NCBI GenBank assembly: GCA_032718475.1
Contig: JAUCBJ010005272.1
Coordinates: 1-35,007 of the forward strand
Reading direction: 5' to 3'
Origin: Nemertoderma westbladi
Lineage: Eukaryota > Animalia > Xenacoelomorpha
Length of the DNA: 35,007 bases
Position 1 is the first letter of the stretch. Each line of letters starts with the position of its first letter. The position numbers and the translations under genes were made by a program. Positions 1-12,200 of this stretch are shown piece after piece. The notes under the pieces were generated by a model, which was not told where the DNA came from, did not search any database, and worked only from the letters and a program-made list of their open reading frames with translations.

Positions 1-590
1 AGAGCCTGAGATATCACAGTCTTCCAGATCCTGGATAGCTTGTGGATGGCCGTCCCGGCTTTCCCTTGGCGATTTCAGAAATCTTTACTAGAGCTTTGAA
101 CTCATGATTCAAGGTAGCAGAAGTGATTCACATGAATTACCAGTCCATCCAGCAATTAAATGTTATATTGGTCGATTTTCTGCTGGGCTGAGTCCATGTC
201 TACATGTTCAGAATCTTTGTACTATTCACAAAGAGGCCAACACTGGGTGCAGCCTTATTAAAGCTAGATAACAGCTTCTGAGCCCCCACCAATGTCTATG
301 GCAGTAGACCAAGGTTATCAACAAAGTCAAGATCGGTTAGAATTTCTGCTGGGGATCCACAACTACTATTACCTGAAAATGGATATATCTCTACCCCATC
401 AGCACTATGAATATCGAGAGATATCCACAGCACATAGTGAAGAGGAAAGGGTTTATGCTGTGTTGCCAATTGGAACACAGGTTACCACAGTGCACCTCAA
501 TATGTCATTCAATATAGAGTATTGCATCAACCTCCAAGCACTCCTAGCGAAAGACAGACTATGGACTCAATCTTGGTGGACAATGGGGTT
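1..590 (-). mobile_element. Decayed RTE-clade LINE reverse transcriptase fragment
   Basis: Minus-strand AEILTDLDFVDNLGLL..GAQKLLSS..GLFVNS resembles TDLDFADDLGVL..GAQRLLSS..GLFINS of the young RTE copies; carries stops and frameshifts. Confidence 0.75.
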
Positions 591-719
591 ATACTTATAT
601 TTTGGGGGCATACTTATACTTATATTTATATACTTACTTATCTTATATGTTTGTGCTATTTACTACAGTCTATGAACTTCTGGTTTGAAATTAAGTAAAT
701 TATGTTATAATAATGGATC

Positions 720-2100
720 TGCACCAGGAGCAAGTGTGGGGCTCGGTTGGTTACCTTGCAGCTGAGACATATGGTGACTGAATCTGGAACCAGAACTGGG
801 AGTCAGTGAGTTTTGGTATCAATGAGGTGACTGGGATGGCATCCAGCCAGCATCCGGAAGTTGGGTCATCGGTTATGTTGAGACAGGTGATCTCTAATTG
901 CATCATAGTGGCTGGGTGTTTGCTATCTTCGCATCTTAAGAGTGCCCTGGAGCATTGAATTATATTCTTCCACGATATCTGAATGCTTGTAGCATGACAT
1001 GGCAGATACGTAGTAGGTTACTAAAGCGGGGCAGTGAAGGAGTGATTGAGGCTGAACATTGTGTAGTAGGTGTCGTGGAGTGGGAGCCAGCTTGTAAGAT
1101 TTCCCTGCATTCTCCTGAAGGCAGGATATGGTGGCAGCACACCTGATTGGCACACCAAGCATCCTCATGGACCTTGATTCCTACACAGACATTATCCAAC
1201 TCCCTGTTGATGTGAACTTGGGACTTGTCAGACTCAGCACCGAGGAAGAAGAGATTGCCCTTTGATGGGTTTATGAGTCTGTATTTCCTCCCATCCCCAA
1301 TAACTAACTATTGGTAGGTGCTCCAGGACAATCCAGTAGTTGTTGGCAAGATTCATATCGTTAAGGTAGCAGATATTAAACTCAGACTGCAGCGACTGGA
1401 TAAGAGTTCAAGGTGTATTTGAACAGGAGGAGGAGGAGGAGTGTCCTCTCCCCAGAGAGAAAGGAACTGTCACCAGCATATGGTTGTAGATGCTGGGGCA
1501 ATGCTGTTGTACAGTCTCGATAGGGTGTCACGTCCTCCATTATGAGAAACTATGCTGCATTTGCCAAATTATGTGGTACAGATGGGATGAGGGATGTTGC
1601 CCACAGCCACAAGGCAAATGGTACCCTTCACATCGCCATACTTGATCTTCTCAGCTACCACTGTGGTGAGATGGATGTGATTGTCCCAGTCCTTGGGCCA
1701 GCAGATCCAGTAGTAGTGCTTTGTGAGTTTGCAATGTGGTTGCTCTGGAACTCTCATATGGGCCAATTGATCTGGGAGGCGAAGGATCGTTGGTGTCAAC
1801 AAACACCCCGGCCAGGGGTGGGAATACAGTAGTGGACAAGTAGTAGGAGGCTAAGTCTGGGTACAGCTGGGTTTGCTGGTGATTGTGGAGAGAAGATCGT
1901 CTAGATTGGTCCAAGCTGCCTTCGGTAAGTGTCTCCGCTAATTTGTCTGTGAGTTTCGCAGCAGCTCCAGCATATGTCCTCAGCTGAGTATTTTATTGGC
2001 AGAGCCATGGGAGACAGCAGATCGGGAGCAGGTGAATCCAAGACAGTTGGTATGTTGAGGGCAGGGGGAAATCCATGTCGAGACCCAGATCCCTGGCAGT
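720..2100 (-). mobile_element. Decayed non-LTR retrotransposon, probably CRE-like (RLE-type)
   Basis: Remnant peptides GTICLVAVGN (cf. IRPIAVG), MLGVPI, CYKHSDIVEEYNSML and SGCWLDAIPVTSL (cf. SGAWL.A.P). GC-richer than the flanks and multiply frameshifted. Clade call is from motif recall only. Confidence 0.6.
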
Positions 2101-2327
2101 GGTTCTAGATATATAACATGCTAATGAATTAACAAGGGAGGTCTCAAATATTACTTGGGTAAAATCCTTGGCTGTGCTACAATATCTCAGGATTTAATGC
2201 TCATGAAAAGTTATCGTTCATATAAAAAAAAAAGTTACTTTTGCACTTAAAAATAAACCATTAAACGAACTAAAATCACCAATACATCCAATCATAGTTT
2301 GCTAGTACTTAATCAAAAATGTGTGAC

Positions 2328-2770
2328 GAGCGATGAAAGTAAGCGAGCTTAGAACACAGGTACCACTAACTCAATCGGTGTGCCTGTTGTTCTGTTGTGG
2401 GGTGAGCGACGAAAGTAAGCGAGCTTAGCATACAGGTACCACTAACTCAATCGGTGTTTCTGTTGTTCTGTTGTGGGGCGAGCGACGAAAGTAAGCGAGC
2501 TTAGCATACAGGTACCACTAACTCAATTGGTGTCTGTTGTTGTGTTGTGGGGCGAGCGACGAAAGTAAGCGAGCTTAGCATACAGGTACAACTAACTCAA
2601 TCTGTGTTTCTGTTGTGGGGCGAGCGACGAAAGTAAGCGAGCTTAGCATACAGGTACCACTAACTCAATCGGTGTGTCTGTTGTTCTGTTGTGGGGCGAG
2701 CGAAGAAAGTAAACGAGCTTAGCATATAAGTACCACTAACTCAATCGGTGTGTCTGGCGTTCTGTTGTGT
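2328..2770. repeat. 76-bp tandem repeat, 6 units, probably the internal array of a Helentron/HINE(DINE-1)-like element
   Basis: Units start GAGCGACGAAAGTAAGCGAGCTTAG at 2328, 2404, 2480, 2554, 2622, 2698 and are followed by ..aaccaaacttggtacatatgtag... Confidence 0.85.
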
Positions 2771-3262
2771 TCAATTTTAAACGTTAATAACTCAGCCAAA
2801 TGTTAAAGAAATTTAACCAAACTTGGTACATATGTAGTCTGGCCAAAGTTTAGAAATTTTCCAAGTTGAATTTCCGTGTGGCCTTCGAGAAGCTAAGATA
2901 ATAGCAGTTAATTAGTTAATTATGTTGATTAGCATAAAAACATCAATTTCAACCTACCTCTTAAAGAATATTAATTATTTTCTAGTATAAGATTTAAATA
3001 ATCATACTTCAAAATTATATAACTGTATTCCCCATACCCCATTCCATTATAGTTTTTAATTAGTTCAAGAGATTTGCTTTAAGAAATGTGTTTTTAATTG
3101 ATCTAAACGTAATTAAGTTAAAATGCATTCAATCATTTCTTTTCCTTGGCATTCTTGATATTGCCTATTAGATGGGAAACAGTTCAATCATTTCACCACC
3201 ACTCAGCTTGCTTTATCTTGCACAATGATTGGCGAATTTAATCGTGATTCTTTACATATTAG

Positions 3263-3288
3263 CTAAATGATATCGTTGAGGCATTGAC
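3263..3288 (-). CDS. Tentative gene B terminal exon (SQCLNDII*)
   Basis: Acceptor-like ttaatttatcAG|GT read in phase 1 gives 8 codons then TAG. No FN3 or TM exon homologous to gene A was recognised in 1-4169. Too short to be sure. Confidence 0.4.
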
Positions 3289-6200
3289 CTGATAAATTAA
3301 TATTTCAGTATCAATACTATCGGCATAAGGTAAGTTTTAATAATTTTTACAAATTGGGTTGCCTCCGCACCTAAAAATATATTACTTTAAAACACTAATT
3401 TCCTGTTAACACCTCTCTCTGCCTTCCATTAATCCTCTGTGCTCCTTTGGGTTGGGGTGGTGCAGATTAAGAGGACGGTTGAAGCAAGGGGGGGGGGGGG
3501 GGAATCTTTCCTCTCTTCTTTGATTTATTGTTATTGGCGTTTTGGTTAAATTTTCTTAATTATTTATTTAAATTTCTTAAGTACCGATTTTGGGATAGAA
3601 CTGCTCAATTTTAATCTGTATCTAATAACTGAGCCTCATCCTGCGCGATGGCCCCACGAACGTGTATTTCTGTAAGCAGTTCTTTTACACAAGTTTGCAC
3701 AAAGTTTACAAACATCTATCTGAGGAATCTATCTATTTGCAACTACCCAGCTTTTCGACAATAATGACCGCTTTGGATGCGGATTGAATGATTTACATTT
3801 TGAATCAGGGGTATGGTGCAATTGACGAAGCAAAAATATAATTATTTGCAATATTTATTACAGCAGCAAAATAGAGAATAAAAATTACTAATACCGCAAT
3901 AATTGGCAATATTGTAAATTTTGCTAGCACTATTAGTAGTTATAGTTCGACAATTCTTTAACAACATACTACTGACTGAGTCTGTTTGACTTAAAGTTTT
4001 TTTTTCCCCGACTTCCAGACGCTTTTAATATATAAAAATGTATCATACAGTACATACAATAAAAACAGAGTGGGAAATTCAAATTCAAAGTAATTCAAAG
4101 TAATTCAAATTCAGCATAACGAGCTAATGGTTACCCATGCATTATGGTTACCTATGCATTGATACTTACTGAATTGGAAGCACCAGTCACATGACTTCGC
4201 GCAGTTATTCCACATATAAGAAGGATTCGTCTTACAAAGACCCTGTTTCGCCCAACCTTTACAACTTTGCGATCTATCTTTACAAGTTGGAAATTTTTCC
4301 TTGGAGTAGCTGTCCAAGTGAAAATCCTTCAGCTTATAATTAACATGAATCGTTGTACCTTTGATGCATCCAAATTTGGTGTTATAATCTTTGAATAAAT
4401 CTGTGGGTTGACAATAAAAGAAAATAATGTTGTATGGTGATGATGATTTTTGAGTTAATGACGTCTAAAGATTTAATTAATGAAATTATGAGAAACGGCT
4501 AAATAATAAATTACCAATAAATAGCAAGTAACTGATAATCACCAATCTATCTAACCCACATTAGGCAGATTACATGTTAGTGCAGAAGGGAAGAAGTCCT
4601 TGGATATCTCAATCAATGGTGCGAAAGATGGAGGCATTGATGCCAAAGAAAGTGGCAAAGAGGAGGCGGCACTGAGGCAGGAATCTATCAACAAAAGTGA
4701 CAACCGACAGCAGACAACCGACAGCAGACAACTGACGGTTTTTACTTTTCGGTCGATATATTATATATTATATTATTATATATGAAGAATTTGTATTTGT
4801 TTTAAGAATGGTGTATTTATTAAATATAATAAAATAGCCTAGCGCTGATGCAAAACCATGCAACTTTGGAACGCCCGCCTCAGTTATTTCTCAACGAAAT
4901 TCAGATTGTGCTACATTTCTGGAATACTTGCACGGCCGGGTTTCTAGCAGTACCAACAAACAGCTATAAGGTAGACGAATAACTGCGGTAGGACTGGTGC
5001 AATATCGACGGAGATACTTTTTTTAAACGCTTGTAGCTAAAGATTGAAAGCCCTTCTTATTCAGTACTATTGAATGCAATACATGAAGTCGTATGAAGGG
5101 CCCAATTGCAAAGTTTACTTCATTGTGGTTGTGGTGTTTTAGTAACCATAGTAACAGGAGCATGTTACAAGCAAAGTAATCCAATGCTTACCTTGAGTAA
5201 CAGCCTGTTTCGTTAAGCTGCTAGTGCTATTAAGTAAATTGATCTTTCAATTATATTGGAAGTGTAAATAAGTACTTACTAATAATTAACTAATAATTTA
5301 GGATGGGTAAGATTTAAAGTTTTTGTAGAACCAAATTTTAGGAGGATTGGTCAAAACTAAAATTTATCAAACAAATTTTTAACCCATGCACATTTAAATT
5401 TAACATTTTCTAAATTGCGTAAAAATAAAATTTTCTGAAAAAAAATTTTATGCAATAATTCCATTTTCCCTACATCAGACACCTAGTCATCGAAAATGAT
5501 GAAATAAGAATAAAAAATATTAAGTACAATCCCGTTTGACCCATGCACATGATATTTCAAAATGTACTTTTTTCGAAATTTTAGAAAAACAGCACTTTTC
5601 AACAGTTTGTAAACAAAAAACATGAATAAGTTTGGTTGTTTTCCTATTCAAATAAACAAAGCTTGACATTTTCAAAACTGAATTTAATTCTTTAATCTGG
5701 TTAACAACCACTGCTAACCCATGCACAAATCACGTCAATGTTAATACTATATACTTATTTATGTATTTATTTATTTATAGTATATTATGTAATAATTTAC
5801 CACGTTATTGACATAGAGACCCTTAATCATTTATACTTATCAATTTAATTTAATCTAGGATTAGTTTACTTTTTGAATGGCCTCCACATTATTAATTTGA
5901 CCCTTATCATGTCTATTTAATCTATTTCTATATATTTATTTAATTTATTTATTTTTCGAATGACTTCCCAATTATTTTAAACGTTTTCTGGACTCAATGA
6001 TGCTCTATTTATATTACACCGTTAGTTGCTATTCTGCTGTTTGTATTTCACTAGTTGTTGTTACTTGGTGCTCGTTAATTTGTTTTTCCCCTAATTCATT
6101 CTGTCAATAAAATAATAATAATAGTCATTTATTAAGATAAAAAACTTTGAAACGAAAATCTTCAACAAACAGTTTAATTATCAACGTCATACTTATAGCT

Positions 6201-9200
6201 ATGGAAGTTATGGACCTTTCAATTCCCTAATTAAATCAAAGCACAGCTGGTTTATATCCTTATAAACAAAAAGTGGAGAAACAGCATGATTAACTGCGAG
6301 GCATACAGCTCGTTGAACCTAATTAGTTCGGACCATAGAATAGGACCGATTCAATATACCAGAATAAAATAAAAGCCCACAAGTAATCAGTCAAGAGGCA
6401 TATTCCCCAGAAATCCAAACGAAAACGGTATGTCCCATGGCAACACTGTGAGGTTTATTGTACTGTAAGAGAGAAGATCTTAAGATATCTCAAGATCTAC
6501 AAAGTAAAAACCGAACAACCGAAAAAAAACAAGGTTGAGAGAGCTAAGGAAGATCTAAAATTGGCCTACAACCTCAGCCAGAAATACATACATGATAAAA
6601 TTGAAGAAATTACAACAAACTGCTCACGTACAGCAACAATCAAGACTTATCTGGCAAACTGCAAATGAGAAAAAGTAAATGTCGGAACGGTTGTGCTAAG
6701 CTGATAGTCCTGAAGAACGTGTTTGAAAATGGAAACATCACTTCAGAAACTTGTTTGGGCAGCGTCAAAACATCGAAGTCAGCCCTACAAGGAAGGTATG
6801 ACAAGACTCTACGTATAGAAACTGGGGACTCCAAAGAAGCATTAAAAACATGTCCAATCATAAAGTGAGTGGATTAGTGAAATCCCTACAGAGGTATGTA
6901 AAATCGGAGTGCTAAACAAACCAATACTGGATGTTTGTAACCAGATGCTGAAAGGGGAAAAGCCACCACTAATTTGGACTAAAAGTCAACCAAAACCACT
7001 CCCCAAAAAAGGAGACTTCGGTATACCAATAAACTATCCTGGGCCTGGGATTGTCTGCTTGTAGTAACTGCCAAAATTTACAACAAAATGATTCTATATA
7101 GAATTAGGGCTCACATAAAAAACTGCTGTGTTAGAACCAAAACGTAATTCGTCCAAATAGATCAACAATAACTCATATACTTGCACTATGGAGACTGATT
7201 GAGGGAATTAAGTCAAACAATCTCCCCGCTCTCCTGACTTTTGTGGACTTCAAGAGGAGTCCATAGAGGTAAAATGCTGGCTAGCATTAAAGCATTCGAC
7301 TCAATCCATAAAGGTAAAATGCTGGAAATCCTAAGAGCTTATGGAATACCAGAGGTAATTGTGGCTAGCATTGGATTATTATATTGTGACACAGAAGCTC
7401 AGGTACTCTCACCAGATGGTGAAACTGAGTTCTTCTCAAACCTGGCTGGCATACTGCAAGGTAACACATTGGCACTATTACTATTCGTAATTGTACTGGA
7501 TTACGTAATGAGCACGGCCACAAAGGGTGAAGATCTGGGATTCACTCTACAAGAACACAGAAGTAGCAGATATCTGGCATCTAAAGTGACAGACATCGCT
7601 TTGGTGATGACATCGCCCTGCATTATAATATGCACAGCTTCTACTAAATATCGTAGAGAAGGCTGCTAAGGAGGTTGGATTGCATATAAATGCTACCATA
7701 CCATGACCAAATTCAAGACTTGTAATGTTGATGTTAATGTACCTTGGATCATGGATAGAGAGTAGCAAAAACCACATAGAAGTTCGGAAAGCAAACGCAT
7801 GGGTGGGTAGCTCTATCAAAAATGGATACCATCTGGAAATCAGATCGCTCTAGGCACCTGAAGATTTCTGGCAACCAACTCAAGGAAAGCTTAGCCGTGG
7901 ATGACTGACTATGAGATATATATACCAACTTGAAAGAGATACTGAACTTGAGACAATCGAAATTGCTACCACTATTGAGTATCGGTAAGCATGGAATGAT
8001 CTCATTTCCGTAAGTCTTGATTGTTGTTATAGGTGTGCAGTTAGTTGTAACTTCTTCAATTTATCTTGTAAAAAATGTATTTCTCCTGGCTGATGTTGTA
8101 GGCCAATTTTAGATCTTCCTTAGCTTTCTCAGCCTTGTTTTTTTCGGTTGTTCGTTGTTCTGCCTTGCCGCGGCATGACTGGTCTTCTCTGTTGCAACAG
8201 CCAAGTGTGAGATCCAGCTTCACACTACAGCTGAGTAACAGGTATGAGGCTCTTGCCTCTGAGGCTGTAGATCACTGTGAGGGCTATACTGCCTTTACAA
8301 GGTCCGATTATTTAGAGCAGCAGTAGTTCCAGTACTCCTCTACGGGAGTCCATGCTGGGCTCTAACTGCTGAGTACACCAAATCTCTGGATGGCACATTC
8401 ACAAGAATGCTACGCCGGGTTCATTGTGTCAAGTACAATGCACACATCTCCAACCAGACACTATATAACATTGGAGGTGTCTCATTGGTTCCCCCAAGCT
8501 TGACACTAGAACAAAATCGCCTCCGCTTTGCAGGACATTGCTTTCGCCGTGAGGACCAGCCAGTGCATAATCTTGTACTTTGGCAGCCTCATGGAGTGAA
8601 TAAGCATGGTGGACAGCCCATGACTTTCTTGAGACGCATCTTAAAGGACACTGGCCTTAAAGATGCGGATGATCTAGCAAATGTCATGGGTGATAGGGAG
8701 TTGTGGCGGTGCAATTTTGTTGACAAGCCGGCACAGCATTCTGCAATGCAGCATGCCGATCCTAGTAGTAGTAGTGTAGTGACACTATCCTCTCTGGGAC
8801 TGGGCGCACACACTAGAATAGTACTATTTAGCAAGTCGTTAGACTTGATTACTGTAAGAAGAAAAAGCTGCTGACCACTGGCTACTGACTACTGACCTAG
8901 AGCAAAAACGGCGCTAACGATTTAGATGAAATTTTGCATGAACCATGAAAATAGATTTCTATGGGTACTTGTGAAATCGCGGTTTAAATTGAAACATCTC
9001 AACTTGTTTTATTTCGGAAAATAGCCCCAAAACACGAATATTGCCATCGCGCAATCATAAAAACACCAGCTGGCACTCATGAAAAATGTATAGTGCATTC
9101 AATAGGAAGGGCCAACTAACAAAGAAGTACTTTCTGTGCCACGTATTATCACTCTACTCTACAACCCAGACATTAAGCAAACATTAACTGGTTTAGCTGG

Positions 9201-12200
9201 CTATTACAGTCTCAGCTGGATAACTCTTCCCAATGTTAATTAATAATTGGCGTGCAAGCGAAACAACTGTTAGTTACACAGTATGTTAGCTACTATTGAT
9301 TGTACTATGCTCTCATCTAATTATTGTATTATTTTGAAATGTTTGTGCCAACATTAATACTGTGGAGCATGTATGCTTATAAGGAAGAATGTTTACTCAG
9401 CCTCATAATGATTCTCCATAAGGCTAACATTATAGTTTGAAATATAAAAATCTGTTATAATAATAATATAATTATTATTTTTGTTTTTTTGTTTTTCAAA
9501 GTTACTACAACAGCCCCATTTAGTAACATTTTCAATGTTACTATGGGCTTTTTTCTGTGGTTTTTTTTTCAATGACTTCGCCCCAGATTCTCTGATATGC
9601 CTCGCCTTTTCATGATATTGAATATGGGATCAACGAAATTTGCTCTACAACATTCAAATCCATTTCTCATGGTAACTTATTCAATGGTGTTACTCAAAGG
9701 AGTTCTCCAGGGGGACACATTAACACCATTTATCTTCTAGCCATCTTGCTGTCGACTACAATCTGCATGTCTCAACACTGTAGTATCTTTCGATTAGTTT
9801 AGATGAAGCGGCTTCCAGTATCTGACATCAGCTTCCATTGATGTCAGGTAATTTGTCTCACCACAGAATATTTTAGGTCTTGAAAATGTAAAATCGGAAA
9901 TATAAAACTTATAGATGACTTTTGCAACCTTGGCCCTGTGGTCCTCATTTATAGATCTAACAAATGAAAGGTGCGGAAGGAACATATTTCGATTATTTTT
10001 TGTGCATACACTGACAGATTTACTTACTTCTTTTAGAACAACGATTTATTATGGTATTTTTGCATGGGAATATATCCTCCATTAACCGGTAAGCCACCAT
10101 ATCATACGACTCCAACTCAACTCGTGTGTCAATCTCATTATGAATCCCATCAGCTCCATTATTGTTACCACCATTCACGTCAAAGAAGGTTTGAGTTACT
10201 AAAAAAGCAAATTCCTTATATGTAAATCAATGAATCAATTGTTATGGAAGCAACAACTATATTGAATCCAAACATTTAATAGTGAATAAATAATTGTGTA
10301 GGCCTATGTCATACCACTGACTCCTCATAGTAGGGTAGCTCAAGGAGAAAATCGTTAATTGTGGGACAAAAGCATAAGTGTCATGATATGGTATATAGAA
10401 AAATGTGTAGAATAATCTGAGCATGTGTAGTAATGTCAATTATAATTCTAGAATTCCAAAATGGCTATATATAATTATTGCATTATTATCTGATAATTGA
10501 CCATTTTACTACTCGAATAAAATACAACAATAGCTACCGGTAGTAGAGCTCTTATATCAAGGGCATCGTAATATATATTATTAGGATGGCCTTGATTATA
10601 TGTTTGTTTACAAAACTTTCTAGAATGATTTAAGTAGCCAAGGATATCTTGTTCTTCTGGCACAATTCAGTACCTGATCACTTATCTAAAACCTTACTAA
10701 ATCTACTCCTTGTTAGAGAAATAGTAAAAATAGTTCTAAGTACTTTTATAGATTATTATATACACATGGTGTATATCACATTATGACAGTATATGCCAGT
10801 CTGTATAATTAAAATAATTACACATGTTGTTTATCTCCAGTTTCCATCATAATTACACTAAATTTCCAAAAGTTAGTAGGGATATATATGTATATTGTAT
10901 ATATATAAATCGATTAGTTCCTTATTGCGGATAAAATGGAAGCACAATTATTATATATACCACCACCATAAATATATAACAGAATTTACAACATAGGTAA
11001 TAACATAATGAAATACAGTTAGGGGGGGGGGGGATGATAGAAAAGCTATTATGTACATGAGTTTACAAGGCACTGTAGGATCTGTGGATGTCGCACTGAC
11101 ACTTCACTGACCAGTTGAGAGCGATGTGGACATTCAAATAAATAATGCTCCTCCGTTTCAGGTTTACCACAGGCGCACAAGTCATTTTCGAAGTCACCAT
11201 ATATGTAACGCATGTGTGCTAAGTTGGACTGACCAATAAGTAGCCCTAATATAAATGACTCTTGACTTCTTGTACAATTAAGAGCGATTGGTGATATGGT
11301 AGGTGTGAGTACTTCATCTGGGTCATCATAAGATTCTTTCAAGCGCGATTTCCATAAGTGTTGAATATAACTATAAATTTCATTTTGTGTATATTTGAAT
11401 ATCTTTGTGTCTAGTTTATCGGTTGGTAGAAGCGATGTTGCGGATCGAGCGATAGGTAACTCCTTACCAAGCAGTTATGTCTATGGAATATGTGTTGGTG
11501 GCTGTTCTGATTAGTCAACCATATATTTTTTGTTGGACTATCTGTTCTGGAACACAATTTTAGCAAACCATAGATTCAAACCATAGTTTTGGATACGGTA
11601 AACCACATATCACATTCAGTTGTTCACGGCTTGGGTTATGTATATTCCCGATATTCTTAAGCATATTACATAATATGTGTAGCAGCTTCCCACAAACTCC
11701 AATTTTAAAAAGTTTATACAGCAACCCGTTTACCCAGACACTATCAAAAGCTTTCTCAAAGTCTATCATTAAAGCTATCCCTTGTTTCTTCAAACATATA
11801 TCATCATGGATTGCTCCAGTAAGGCCATATAGATAGTCAGTTGTACTAGATCCTTTTCTGCAGTATTGGTATGATCCATTGGTCAATAACTTTTCTAAAC
11901 GGTTATCCATTAGGCGCTCAAACAATTTGGCAAAGTAAGAATTTATTGTGATAGGCCTATATGAACCACTAACTTGGTAAGATGGCTAGGTTGGTTTTTG
12001 TAAGAAGATATTGTTATTAGATTATCCAGTTATTAGACATAAGTATAAGGTAGAAAATACGACTTGCCCCAAAAACCAAGGCTCTTTATATATAGCGGGT
12101 GTAGAGCATCTCGGTCACATGATTTACCATAGCAGTTAACTGATTTAATTGCTAGTTTTAATTCATCAAAGGTGAATTCACTGTTACATAAATTATCTTT

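Noticed and set aside
2328-2770. CRISPR-like periodicity
   Set aside because: The whole unit repeats with no unique spacers, there are no cas genes, and the context is eukaryotic.
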